NCBI GenBank assembly: GCA_002269645.1
Contig: NIVC01003297.1
Coordinates: forward strand, 1-64,000
Length of the DNA: 64,000 bases
DNA from: Macrostomum lignano
Lineage: Eukaryota
Reading direction: 5' to 3'
The position numbers and the translations under genes are program-made. The notes beneath the pieces are model-generated. The model was not told the DNA's origin and did no database searches. It saw nothing but the letters and a program-made list of their open reading frames with translations. Within the stretch, counting starts at the first letter, position 1. Every line of letters begins with the position of its first letter. Of this stretch, positions 15,501-27,806 are shown piece by piece.

Positions 15501-15835
15501 AAACATAGAAGAGCCACCTTTTTGAACATTAAAGAGCCACCATGTCAAACATAATAGAGCCACCATGTCAAACATAATAGAGCCACCATGTCAAACATTA
15601 AAAAGCCACTTTGTCAAACATAGAAGAGCTCCCATGTCAAACATAGAAGAGCCCCCATGTCAAACAAAGAGGAGCCCCATGTCAAACATAGAAGAGCCAC
15701 CATGTCAGACATTGAAAAGCCACCGTATCAAACATAAAAGAGTTACCATGTACGAGCGTAGAACAAAAAAGAGCCACAATGTATAACATAAAAGAGCCAC
15801 AATGTATAACATAAAAGAGCCACCTTGTTAAACAT
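12565..15835 (+). repeat. 23-bp minisatellite (AGAGCCACCATGTCAAACATTAA) with variant ATACATGACTCCATG units
   Basis: Direct inspection; more than 100 units. Confidence 0.95.
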
Positions 15836-15944
15836 AAAAGATACACAATTTCAAACGTAAAAGTAAGCGAATTTTAAAGGAGCCGCTATAATGCTAAAGA
15901 AATTGTCGCACTAGCTACTTATTGTCTGGTGGATGCTTACTATT

Positions 15945-16372
15945 TGGGGATGCTATCTATCTTGGGGATGCTTGCTATCTTGGGGATGCTTGCTATCTGG
16001 GGGATGCTTGCTATCTGGGGGATGCTTGCTATCTGGGGGATGCCTGCTATCTGGGGGATGCTTGCTATCTGGGGGATGCCTGCTATCTGGGGGATGCTTG
16101 CTATCTAGGGGATGCTTGCTATCTTGGGGATGCTTGCTATCTGGGGGATGCTTGCTATCTGAGGGATGCTTGCTATCTGGGGGATGCTTGCTATCTGGGG
16201 GATGCTTGCTATCTGGGGGATGCTTGCTATCTGAGGGATGCTTGCTATCTGGGGGATGCTTGCTTTCTGGGGGATGCTTGCTATCCGGGGGATGCTTGCT
16301 ATCTGGGGGATGCTTGCTATCTGGGGGATGCTTGCTATCCGGGGGATGCTTGCTATCTGGGGGATGCTTGCG
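15945..16372 (+). repeat. 18-bp minisatellite (GGGGATGCTTGCTATCTG)
   Basis: Direct inspection. Confidence 0.95.
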
Positions 16373-17000
16373 GTCTTGGGATGATTTCTTTTTGCAATGC
16401 ACTTCATTTGAGCAGTTTGTCTGTTGTCTTTTTGAAGGATTTTTAGCTGTTTTTTTGTTACTTGTAGAGAACAGAGATTCTATCCAGATGTCCCCCATCG
16501 GGGGCGAAGATTGCTAGTCCTATATACTAAAAATGAGTTGTCTGTGGGTAGGTAGGTAGGTAGGTATGCGATAGATTTCAGAAAAAATGGCTCAACCGAT
16601 TTTCTTCAAACTTGCATTATTCGATCAGAAATTTTCCTGGGACGGTACATGCATCTTGGCTAAGAAATTGCTCAATTTTAAAGGGATTAAATATTCGAAA
16701 AACATGCTTTTTTGCAAAGGTCAAGCAGCTCTTTCGACCTGAAATGCATTGTAAGAATGCTAGAGAAAAAACTGACTGACTGAATTCCGATTGTGATAAA
16801 GATTGCATCACAACAAGTTGAAAACAGTACCGAAGAAATGCACACACGACTTGATTTAAATTGCGTAACCATATTGCTAACTTAAATTGAGACTGATACT
16901 GGCTGACTGAGAAATTGATTATGTCATAACTTTTTACTCCAATTGACTTGCTGTAAGAATTGAATTATAAGGGCCACAATTCATGTTCTCCAATTGAAAA

Positions 17001-17067
17001 GAGATAGCCCTGATGCGAACAGACTGGAATGCTAATGTAGCGACCTGGGTTCGAATCATAGTAGTGC
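17001..17067 (+). other. tRNA-like cassette in Helitron A2
   Basis: GAGATAGCCCTGATG..CTGGAATGCTAATGTAG..GGGTTCGAATC followed by a T run. Confidence 0.45.
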
Positions 17068-17124
17068 AAAAAGATTTTTTTATTAAAACACCTTAAAAAC
17101 ACAACAAAACTGCTAAACATCAAA

Positions 17125-19078
17125 GAAGCGCAATGTCAAACATAGAAGAGCCAACATATCGAACATAAAAGAGCCACCATGTCAAACATAAAACAGCCAC
17201 CATTTCGAACATTAAAGAGCCACCATTTCGAACATTAAAGAGCCACCATTTTGAACATTAAAGAGCCACTATGTCAAACAATTAAGAGCCACCATGTCAA
17301 ACATAAAAGAGCCAACATGTCAGACATTCAAAAGCCACCGTATCAAACATAAAAGAGTTAGCATGTAGAACAAAAAAGATCCACCATGTCGAACATAAAA
17401 GAGCCACCATGTCAAACATAAAGAGCCACCATGTCAAACATTTAGAAGCCACCATGTCAAACATATATGTGACTTTATGTCAAATATTAAAGAGCCACCA
17501 TGTGAAACATTAAAGAGCCACCATGTCAAACATTTAAGAGTCACCATGTCAAACCTAAAAGAGCCACCATGTCGAACATAAAAGAGCCACAATGTCAAAC
17601 ATTAAAGAGCCACCATTTCAAACCTAAAGGAGCCACCATGTCGAACATTAAAGAGCCACCATGTCGAACATAAAAGAGCCACCATATCAAACATAAAAGA
17701 GTTACCATGTCAAACATTAAAGAGCCACCATGTCAAACATAAAGCAGCCACCATTTCGAAAATTAAGGAGCCACCATTTCGAAAATTAAGGAGCCACCAT
17801 GTCGAACATTAAAGAGCCACCATGTCAAACATTTAGGAGCCACCATGTCAAACATATATGTGACTTTATGTCAAATATTAAAGAGCCACCATGTGAAACA
17901 TTAAAGAGCCACCATGTCAAACATTTAAGAGTCACCATGTCAAACCTAAAAGAGCCACCATGTCGAACATAAAAGAGCCACAATGTCAAACATTAAAGAG
18001 CCACCATTTCAAACCTAAAGGAGCCACCATGTCGAACATAAAAGAGCCACCATATCAAACATAAAAGAGTTACCATGTCAAACATTAAAGAGCCACCATG
18101 TCAAACATAAAGCAGCCACCATTTCGAAAATTAAGGAGCCACCATTTCGAAAATTAAGAAGCCACCATGTCGAACATTAAAGAGCCACCTTGTCAAATAT
18201 TAAAGAGCCACAATGTCAAACATTAAAGAGCCACCATTTCAAACCTAAATGAGCCACCATGTCGAACATTAAAGAGCCACCATGTCGAACATAAAAGAGC
18301 CACCATGTCGAACATAAAACAGACACCATTAAGAACATTAAAGAGCCACCATGTCGAACATTAAAGAGCCACCATGTCAAACATTAAAGAGCCACCATGT
18401 CAAACATAAAAGAGCCACCATTTCGAAAATTAAGGAGCCACCATTTCGAAAATTAAAGAGCCACCATGTTAAACATTAAAGGGCCACCTTGTCAAATATT
18501 AAAGAGCCACCATGTCAAACATAAAACAGCCACCATTTCGAAAATTAAAGAGCCACCATGTCGAACAATAAAGAGCCACCATGTCAAACATAAAACAGAC
18601 ACCATTAAGAACATTAAAGAGCCACCATGTCGAACATTAAAGAGCCACCATGTCAAACATAAAACAGCCACCATTTCGAAAATTAAGGAGCCACCATTTC
18701 GAAATTTAAAGAGCCACCATGTTAAACATTAAAGGGCCACCTTGTCAAATATTAAAGAGCCACCATTTCAAACCCAAAAGAGCGACCATGTCGAACATAC
18801 AAGAGCCACCATGTCGAACATAAAAGAGCAGCCATGTAGAACATAAAAGAGCCACCATGTCGAACATAAAAGAGCCACCATGTCAAACATAAAAAAGCCA
18901 GCATGTCAAACATAAAAGAGCCAACATGAAGAACATTAAAGAGCCACCATGTCGACCATTAAAAGAGCCACCATGTCGAACATACAAGAGCCACCATGTC
19001 AAACATAAAAAAGCCACCATGTCGAACAATAAAGAGCCACCATGTCAAACATAAAAGAGCCACCATGTCAAACATTCA
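17125..19078 (+). repeat. 23-bp minisatellite, same family as 12565-15835
   Basis: Direct inspection. Confidence 0.95.
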
Positions 19079-19189
19079 AGATATACAATTTCAAATGTAA
19101 AGGTATAAAGCGCCATGCCAATTTAAAGGAGCCACTATAAAGCTAAGGAAATTGTCGCTCTAGCTACTTTTTGTCTGGTGGATGGTTGC

Positions 19190-19800
19190 TATTTGGGGGA
19201 TGCTTGCCTTCTGGGGGATGCTTGCTATCTGGGCGATGCTTGCAATTTGGGGGATGCTTGCTATCTGAGGGATGCTTGCTATCTGGTGGATGCTTGCTAT
19301 CTGAGGGATGCTTGCTATCTGAGTGATGCTTGCTATCTGGGGGATGCTTGCTATTTGGAGGATGCTTGCTTTCTGGGGGATGCTTGCTATCTGGGCGATG
19401 CTTGCAATTTGGGGGATGCTTGCTATCTGAGGGATGCTTGCTATCTGGTGGATGCTTGCTATCTGAGGGATGCTTGCTATCTGAGTGATGCTTGCTATCT
19501 GGGGGATGCTTGCTATCTGAGGGATGCTTGCTATCTGAGGGATGCTTGCTATTTGGGGTATGCTTGCTATCTGAGGGATGCTTGCTATCTGGGGAATGCT
19601 TGCTATCTGGGGAATGTTTGCTATCTGGGGAATGCTTGCTATCTGGGGGATGCTTGCTATCTGGGGGATGTTTGCTATCTGGGGGATGCTTGCTATCTGG
19701 GGGATGCTTGCTATCTGGGGATGCTTGCTATCTGGGGGATGCTTGCTATTTGAGGGATGCTTGCTATCTGGGGAATGCTTGCTATCTGGGGGATGCTTGT
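19190..19800 (+). repeat. 18-bp minisatellite (GGGGATGCTTGCTATCTG)
   Basis: Direct inspection. Confidence 0.95.
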
Positions 19801-20457
19801 GGTCTTGGGAAGATTTCTTATTGCAATTCACTTCATTTGAGCAGTTTGTCTGTTGTCTTTGTGAAGGATTTTCTGGCTGTCTTTTTGTTACTTGTAGAGA
19901 ACAGAGATTCTATCCAGATGTCCCCCATCGGGGGGCGAAGATTGCTAGTCCTATATACTAAAAATGAAAATCTTGCTTGCTTGCTTGCTTGCTTGTAATC
20001 GATTAGAGAAAAAATGGCTTAACCGATTTTCATGAGACTTGCACTGTTCGATCAGAAATTTTCCCGTGACGGTACATGCATCGTGGCTAAGAAATTGCTC
20101 GATGCTAGAGGCATTAAATATTCGAAAAATATGCTTTTTTGCAAAGGTCAAGCAAACTTTTCGACTTGAAATGCATTGTAAGAATGCTAGAGAAAAAATT
20201 GACTGGTTTATTCTGATTCTGAAATAGATTGCATCATAACTGAATTGTAACTCCAACTTGAATTGCGTCACAGTATTGAAAATGCAGTGTGGAAGCGTAG
20301 CACCAGACTTGATTTAGATTGCGTAACCATATTGTCAACTTTAATTGAGACTGATACTGACTTGCCTAGGAAATTGATTGTCATAACTTTTTTTGTGAGT
20401 GAGTGTGGAATTATATAAAAGCTACACACTTTTATATAATTCAACACACTACACAAA

Positions 20458-21242
20458 ACTCATAGAAGCGTCATGTAAAAGTCATAGAAGCGTCATGTAA
20501 ACAATCATAGAAGCGTCATGTAAAAGTCATAGAAGCGTCATGTAAACAATCATAGAAGCGTCATGTAAACAATCAAAGAAGCGTCATGTAAACAATCATG
20601 AAAGCGTCATGTAAACAATCATAGAAGCGTCATGTAAACAATCATAGAAGCGTCATACAAAAAATCATAGAAGCGTCATGTAAACAATCATAGAAGCGTC
20701 ATGTAAACAATCATGAAAGCGTCATGTAAACAATCATAGAAGCATCATGTAAACCATCATAGAAGCGTCATGTAAACAATCATAGAAGCGTCATGTAAAT
20801 AATCATAGAAGCGTCATGAAAAATCATAGAAGCGTCATGTAAAAGTCATAGAAGCGTCATGTAAACAATCATAAAAGCGTCATGTAAACAATCGTAGAAG
20901 CATCATGTAAACAATCGTAGAAGCGTCATGTAAACAATCGTAGAAGCGTCATGTAAACAATCATGAAAGCGTCATGTAAACAATCATAGAAGCATCATGT
21001 AAACCATCATAGAAGCGTCATGTAAACAATCATAGAAGCGTCATGTAAACAATCATAGAAGCGTCATGAAAAATCATAGAAGCGTCATGTAAAAGTCATA
21101 GAAGCGTCATGTAAACAATCATAAAAGCGTCATGTAAACAATCGTAGAAGCGTCATGTAAACAATCGTAGAAGCGTCATACAAACAATCATAGAAGCGTC
21201 ATGTAAACAATCGTAGAAGCGTCATGTAAAAATCATAGAAGC
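20458..21242 (+). repeat. 23-bp minisatellite (AACAATCATAGAAGCGTCATGTA)
   Basis: Direct inspection; about 34 units. Confidence 0.95.
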
Positions 21243-23787
21243 AAGAAATTGACGCCAATGAAGTAATACGCGAGCGAAATCATGGTGCGAGCGGGCCAGT
21301 TCAGTGTGCTACACTATGGCCGAAGATTATTTCAGCAGTACTTGGTGGACATGTGTGCCAAGATTGAGGCAGAGAGGCTGCTGTATTTGCGGACCGATCA
21401 GCAGGACCTGCGCAGCGAGACGTATAGCGGTCTGCGGGACGCTCTGTTTGCAGCTGATGGCAGGTCTACCGACAGAGATCCGAGTGACATAGGCAAGCCC
21501 GCACATGTGCTTCTGTCCTCAAGCTTCGTTGGTAGGCCAAGGTACCTGATGGAGAGGCTGCAGGACGCTATGACCTATGTTCACAAGTTTGGTAAGCCGG
21601 ACCTGTTTGTCACGGCAACATGCAATCCGAATTGGCCTGAGATCAGCGCCCAGCTGCTGCCTGGACAGCGGGCTGAACACCGGCCGGACATTGTTAGCCG
21701 AGTCTTTGAAATGAAGAAGAAAGCTCTGCTGGCCCAGCTAACGAAGCGCTATGGGAAAGAGGCCGCGCACGTCTGCTCGCTAGAGTACCAAAAGCGTGGT
21801 GAGTGCAAGTCTCAGTATTAAATTTTATGAAATTTAAATCGTTATAAAGATACTAAATATAGGTGGGTTTGTATGATGCAAATTCGATACAGATCGGATA
21901 ATTGGACTGAAAGATGTCTTGATACTTTTTTGATAATCCAGGTCTCCCCCATGTGCACTTTCTGCTGTGGCTCGCGAGCGGCCAGCGGGTGACTCCGGAC
22001 CGATACGATGACATCGTGTCTGCCGAGATTCCGGACCCACAGCAGCAGCCTGTGCTGTATGAGCTGGTGAAAACGCACATGATCCATGGTCCTTGTGGCA
22101 AGGACAATCCAGCGTGCCCGTGCATGGAGAATGGCGAATGCAGCAAGGGCTTTCCGAATGAGTTCCAGCAGGTGACGCTGACCAGCGATACTGGCTACCC
22201 ACTGTACCGCAGACTGTCGCCTGAGATAGGTGGATTTACAGTGGACAAACTGTTCAAAGGCCGCAGCATTCGCATGGACAATAGGCGAGTCATGAGTATT
22301 AGATGCCTCTTGTATTTTATGTTGGAAACGTTTGACAATGTTTTTATCCTTAAACCACAGGTGGGTTGTGCCTTATAGCCCTGAACTGTTGCTCCAGTTT
22401 GCGTGCCACATGAACGTTGAAGTTTGTGCCACTGTAAAGTCGGTCAAGTACGTGATCAAGTACTTGCTGAAGGGCGGCGACATGGCAACGTTCAAAGTCA
22501 ATGCCAATCAGAATTCTGCTGAAGCGACAGAGCAGAGTGCGGGTAGTCAGCAGCCGGCACAAACGGTTGCGGCAAACGATGGAGAGAGGCCGCGTGATGA
22601 AATCAAGGAGTATCTGTCTGCGCGCTACATTGGCCCAATGGAAGCTGTGAATACAATTTTGGGCTTTGAAGTAATAAATATTTTAAATTTTAAATATTGC
22701 AAAGCTATGGCTTTTTGTATTCGGAAAAACTTAAAAGTGATTATTTCTCTCCCACCTTCTGATCAGGTGCACGACAGATTTCCGGCGGTCATCCGGCTCT
22801 GCGTTCACAAGTCGGAGGAGCAGCTCGTGTATTTCAACGAGCAGACCGCAAGTGCTAGAGCCAGGACGCCGAGGGACTCTACGTTGACGGCATTTTTCAA
22901 GCTGTGCCGTACTGACGAGTTCGCTCGGTCCTTGCTCTACACGGAGGTGCCGTCCTACTTCGTGTGGCATGCCAGTGAAAGAGTGTGGCGGCGGGCGAAG
23001 CGAGGCGCGAAGCCGATGGCCACCCGGGTGTAGTGCGGAACACAAACGTTGCACGCATGTACACGGTGAGCCCAAGAACTGGTGATTTATTTTATGTTCG
23101 CATGCTCCTTTTGCGAGTCAAGGGACCAACCAGCTTCGAGGCGCTGCAGACCGTGGACGGCGTTGTGCATCCCAGCGCCAAGGCTGCTTGCATGGCACTT
23201 AACCTGTTGCAGCGAGATGACCACTGGCGGCGGTGCCTAGCTGAGGCCGTTCAGTCAAGAATGCCAAGAGCCCTGAGACACCTTCTGGCTGTCATTCTCA
23301 TATGGGGCGAGCCTGAGGATGGCAACGACCTCTGGTGCTCTTTTGCCGAAGATATGTGCGAGGACCTGCGGTTCCACCATCGAGATCTAAGTGCCGAGGA
23401 GATTACTGACCTAGCGCTCCGCGAGCTGCAGAGCATGCTGACCTCCATGGGTGGGAGAAGCCTGCCAGAGTACGGCTTGCCTGCGGCCTCCGTGATGCCT
23501 CAAGATGGACCGATGCAGTTCGATACGATTGAGCAAGCGCAGATTACTGAGGCACGCTTACCAATGCAAACAGACGAGCAGAAAGCCGTGTACGAGTCAG
23601 TGACTCAGGATCTTGTGAGCGGCAACGGCGGCTTGCACTTCCTGGACGCGCCCGCTGGCACTGGCAAAACCTTCCTGCTGGAGGTTTTGCTGGCCTTCGT
23701 GCCCAGCCGGGGTGAAGTCGCTCTCGCCGTTGCGGCTTCTGGAATCGCAGCGACTCTGTTGCCAGGTGGACAAACTGCGCATTCCAC
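21243..23787 (+). pseudogene. Helitron RepHel (HUH Rep plus N-terminal PIF1-type helicase), spliced and disrupted. Exons ~21243-21798, 21942-22284, 22361-22670, 22767-23787
   Basis: RRLFQQYLVD, GKPDLFVTATCNPNW, EYQKRG|LPHVHFLLW, HMIHGPCG, DNR|WVVPY, KYVIKYLLKG, LDAPAGTGKTF, AASGIAATLLPGGQTAHS. Stop at 21264, frameshift near 23000, helicase C-terminus absent. Confidence 0.92.
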
Positions 23788-23811
23788 GTGAGTTGTTTAT
23801 ATTTATATCTA

Positions 23812-24243
23812 TTGACAAGCCAAGGATTACTGCACTTGATAAACCAAGGGTTGTTGCTCTTAAAAAGCTAAGGATTATTGCACTTGGCAAACCAAGGATT
23901 ACTGCACTAGATAAACCAAGGATTACTGCGCTTGATAAACCAAGGATTAATGCGCTTGATAAACCAAGGATTATTGCACTTGGCAAACCAAGGATTACTG
24001 CACTCGATAAGCCAAGGAATATTGCACTTGGCAAACCAATGATTATTGCACTTGGAAAACCAAGGATTACTGCACTCGATAAACCAAGGATTACTGCACT
24101 CGATAAATCAAGGATTACTGCACTTGATAGACCAAGGATTATTGCACTTGGCAAACCAAGGATTACTGCATTCGATAAACCAAGGATTATTGCTCTTAAT
24201 AAACCAAGGATTATTGCACTTGGCAAACCAATGATTACTGCAA
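23812..24243 (+). repeat. 24-bp minisatellite (AAACCAAGGATTACTGCACTTGAT)
   Basis: Direct inspection; begins just after the GTGAGT donor at 23788. Confidence 0.95.
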
Positions 24244-24724
24244 TGATTACTGAAATTGTAAATATACAGAGTAAATAAAAAATTGTAATTGTAATTACTG
24301 TGCAGAGCGTCTTTTTATTTGTCTGATTACGTAAAGAAAGGGATTATTTACTACTTATATAGGAGAGAAGTCCCCCACTAATAAGTCTCTAATTTGGGAC
24401 TCTATTGTAACAACTACTATATTAAGTGCATGTAGTAAGATTTAATTTAATCCATATAGTAAAACTTTTGTTCTATTAGTTTCCGCCAATGGCTGCGCTA
24501 CACTACACTGCGCTACGCTGCTCTACACTAATTCAAAGGAGAAAGTTCAGAAAGCACACTCTGTTTAGCAAATTTCAAATTACAGCTTTCATTAAGTTAT
24601 TACTGAATTAAATTAATTATTATGAAGTGAATATATTTAGCGCAGTTGAATTATAAAGTAATTAATAGTAGTTAAGCTTATGTGGTTATAATAAATACTT
24701 AAATTAATAGTAAAGTTGCAAGTT

Positions 24725-24795
24725 ATTCTGCTGCTGCTGCTTATTTGTTCTGCTTCTGCTGCTGTTGCTGCTTCTGCTGATGTTGCTGCTGCTCC

Positions 24796-24828
<33 letters not shown>

Positions 24829-24850
24829 TGTTGTTGTTGTTGTTGTTGAT
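24725..24850. repeat. (CTG)n/(GTT)n trinucleotide tract
   Basis: Direct inspection. Confidence 0.9.
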
Positions 24851-25974
24851 GCCAACTACACTGCTACTCCGCCCTGTCCGTTTTCGTCCTCGACATTGGC
24901 TCCCCACTGCGGGAGGCTTCTCCACCACTCCCAGTAACTCCGGGCTTCCTTCGGTTGCTCGCAGACCGCCTGCATGCCTTCACAGCACCACATCCTCCTT
25001 CTGCCATCCGTCGCCGGGCAGTCCCAGATGTGCTCCATCGTCTCATCTTCCATGCCGCAACACCGGCACCGTGCTGATGCTGCTGCTGTTGCGCGTATTG
25101 CTTTAGATCTTCGCACTGAGCTGCCTTGTGGTTTTTTCCGCAGAAGTAGCACGATACGGCCATGAAATTAAGTAGGGAAAGTTGCATTGTTAATTTTAAG
25201 ATTCTATAAAAGCACGTGATGTTTTATTGGTAGGTAAGCCCGGAATTAAAATGAGATTTTGGTTCCTAAGAATGGTATCGTATATATTGATTGGTTTGTT
25301 TGCTTCTCAGAGTCAAGAAGAAAGAAAGCAAGGTCTAGGAGGGGGTGTGATTAAATGATAAAGTAGTAACCAAAAATGTATGCAATACTTACGTTTTCGG
25401 GGATTGCGTGGGCGGCGCTGCCGCTGCTGCCCCTTTTCTATTATTGTTACTTTCATGATAAATCTTAAGTCTGCACTAAATCTTATTTAATTTACTAAGT
25501 TTTGATTTCTATATGTAGAGATATTTGTTTGGATATCTTAAGTTGGCGTAGAGTAATAATCTACAGTATATATATATAGCAAAACTTTCTGGAGTGGGTT
25601 CGTGCTTGCCCAACCCGATTGGCCCCGTCGTGTGGGGATTAGCCACTCAGGGCTGAGGTGGACAAATGAAGCTAAGCAAGAGTGACGGCAGTGGCTGGAC
25701 GGGTTGGGGCTAAGCTATGCACGGCTTAGGGGTGAAGCTCACACTGGACAGAGAGAAGGGGCGAGAGCACAGTTTTGGTTGGGTGACTTGCCAAGCTGGG
25801 CCTGGGGAGATTGAATCAAAACCAGTTTGAAGCGGTAAACAACACAGAATACCCCGCAGTTTTTAATTGTTGCTACTTTCTTAGTCATTTCAATGACTCA
25901 GGTGTAAACTCCGGGGTTAGGGTTGATTGCAAGTAAGAATTAGGAGGGGTGGTGGAGATAGCCGCGAGATTATA

Positions 25975-26285
25975 GAGCCAATCAGACGGCGGCTACAAAC
26001 TGAGAAAAGAATAAGACTGAATTAGATAGAGAAGGGTGAGAAAATGGAGTAAACACAAACAAGTTCAGATGAACTGGATAAATGACTAAGAAAGTTTATG
26101 CTGCTCTTCATGAGTGTGAAAAACGATAAGTCGCAGACAAAGTTGAGAGGGGTTGGCCGTGGGAGTTCAATTAGCGTCGTGAGATCACGCCACAAGGTTC
26201 AGAGCCCACCCACCCCAGCGGATTTAGTCTGGAAACGAAGAGATTGCAGACAGGGGAGGGAGGGGTATCTGCATTCTGATTGGCT
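25975..26285 (+). promoter_or_regulatory. Two opposed CCAAT-box-like motifs upstream of the RPA-like gene
   Basis: GAGCCAATCAGA near 25975 and TTCTGATTGGCTG near 26273; motif match only. Confidence 0.25.
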
Positions 26286-26479
26286 GTTTAGTGGTGTGGG
26301 TTGACTTCTGGTGATTGGGGTGTGGGCTTGACTATTTAAGTCAAAATGTACTGCAAATTGTGATTTTAACCTGCTATTTCTACTGAAGTATTTTGCACTG
26401 CAACATTTCTATAAGCTCTTTCTATTTCTATTTTCTAAGTTTTGTTTATACTTTGTTAAAACTAAATAACTTAGCAACA

Positions 26480-27723
26480 ATGGCGTCTACAATCACCAAG
26501 AAGATGAAGGGTAAAATCTCTGGCCTGAAACTGGGCTACATGAATACAGCGGTTACTGGCCTTGTAACCGAGTTGAAGGCGATCAGGTTCTACATGAAGA
26601 ACGACGTCCGAGGCGAAGTTTTTTCATTCGTCTTGGTGGACGACTCGGCTGAGATGAGAGTCAGCGTTTTCGGCAAGGACCTGCGGTCTATTTGGGAAGT
26701 TTGCAATACTTCCGATGCTGTTCGCATAGCCGGCGGAATGGTAAAGACTTCGGATCCGAGATACAACAGCACGAATAATCCTATGGAGGTGTCTCTTTCA
26801 GTTGAATCCAAGGGATCAATATATCGAAGCAATGAATTTCCGACTGTTAGTGAACGGGCGTGTAACTATACGGGAATAAGCGACCTTCAAAACGTACGCC
26901 TGCAAGAGTGAGTTGCATTGTATTTATCTACTTGTATGTATTGTATGGACAGACAGTATACAATATTATTATATGTACAATAGACATAATAGTATAGAAA
27001 ATGTGAATTGTATAGGCAATTATGTAGCACTGTAGCGTATGTTCGGCTTTTATAAATTATTTTGTAAAATAATAGCAATCCATTCTATGCCTTCATCCCT
27101 TGATGTTGGCTAGACTAGCAGTCCATTATATTCATTCGTCTATTGATGTAGGTAGGATTCAAATGAACTTTAAAAAGCGTTTTGAGGTTTTAAAAGACTT
27201 TTAAAACTGTCCCCTCTTCATTGCCTTATATTAGAAATGTCGATGTCCTTGGAGCAATCGACACACTGCAGCCGCCCGAGGAAGTCATGACGAAGGCTGG
27301 GAAGCGGATAAACGTAGCCAAAGTGATTATTGTTGACCAGTCCTGTCGTTCTGTCTCCTGCACGTTTTGGGGGTCGTCCTCCGATCAAGCTGTCAATTGG
27401 AGTGTCGGCGACATTTTGTCGATACGACGAGCAAAAGTACAGGAGTACGCCGGCGCTGTTGTACTTGGATGTATTATACTTGCTCTGAAGTTCGGCGCAA
27501 CTCGGACGACACCGAGGTTACGACTTTGACTGACTGGTACACGAATGCTAAGCAGAGCGATACTGATTTTCAACCTCTGGGTGCTCCGTGTCCATCAGGC
27601 GCGGTTGGCGGCTCTTCTGACCAAAGGGGAAACAACAGGCGAGTTGTTATGCAACTACCGGTTTCACACGAATCCTTCCGGGATGTAGACGAAATTGTCT
27701 TGGACTTTGGAGAAGGAATAAAG
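26480..27723 (+). pseudogene. RPA70-like OB-fold ssDNA-binding protein inside Helitron C. Exons 26480-26907 and 27235-~27723, frameshift near 27470
   Basis: GEVFSFVLVDDSAEMRVSVF (OB-A-like); VDVLG..IIVDQS..VSCTFWG..RRAKVQEYAG then, in a shifted frame, NSDDTEVTTLTDWY (OB-B-like). Phase-2 GT-AG intron restores the frame. Confidence 0.75.
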
Positions 27724-27806
27724 GTGCGCGTGTTCATTGTACATGTAACTTATTTAATGTTTAGTATCTTTCTGTAGTACAGATCTATGCACTCTAACTT
27801 ACTACA

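Larger units (their letters stand above)
11972..16517 (+). mobile_element. Non-autonomous Helitron, family A copy 1
   Basis: 5' TCCTATATACTAAAAATG; 3' CCCCC-ATC-GGGGG hairpin then CGAAGATTG-CTAG. Confidence 0.88.
16518..19948 (+). mobile_element. Non-autonomous Helitron, family A copy 2, head-to-tail with copy 1
   Basis: Same termini and internal order as copy 1. Junctions GATTGCTAG|TCCTATATAC at both ends. Confidence 0.88.

Noticed and set aside
15922-16517. LGDACY / QIASIP / DSKHPP repeat proteins (also 19160-19998 and 46068-46380)
   Set aside because: The 18-bp minisatellite is open in most frames simultaneously, with no gene structure
12872-18732. Short MSNIKEPPC repeat peptides
   Set aside because: Translations of a 23-bp (non-triplet) satellite; the frame shifts every unit
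23597-24278. KPRITALD repeat ORF read as a helicase extension
   Set aside because: 24-bp minisatellite lying after a GTGAGT donor and in a different frame from the helicase
24637-25106. Poly-Ala/Leu/Ser/Asn ORFs
   Set aside because: Trinucleotide repeat translated in several frames
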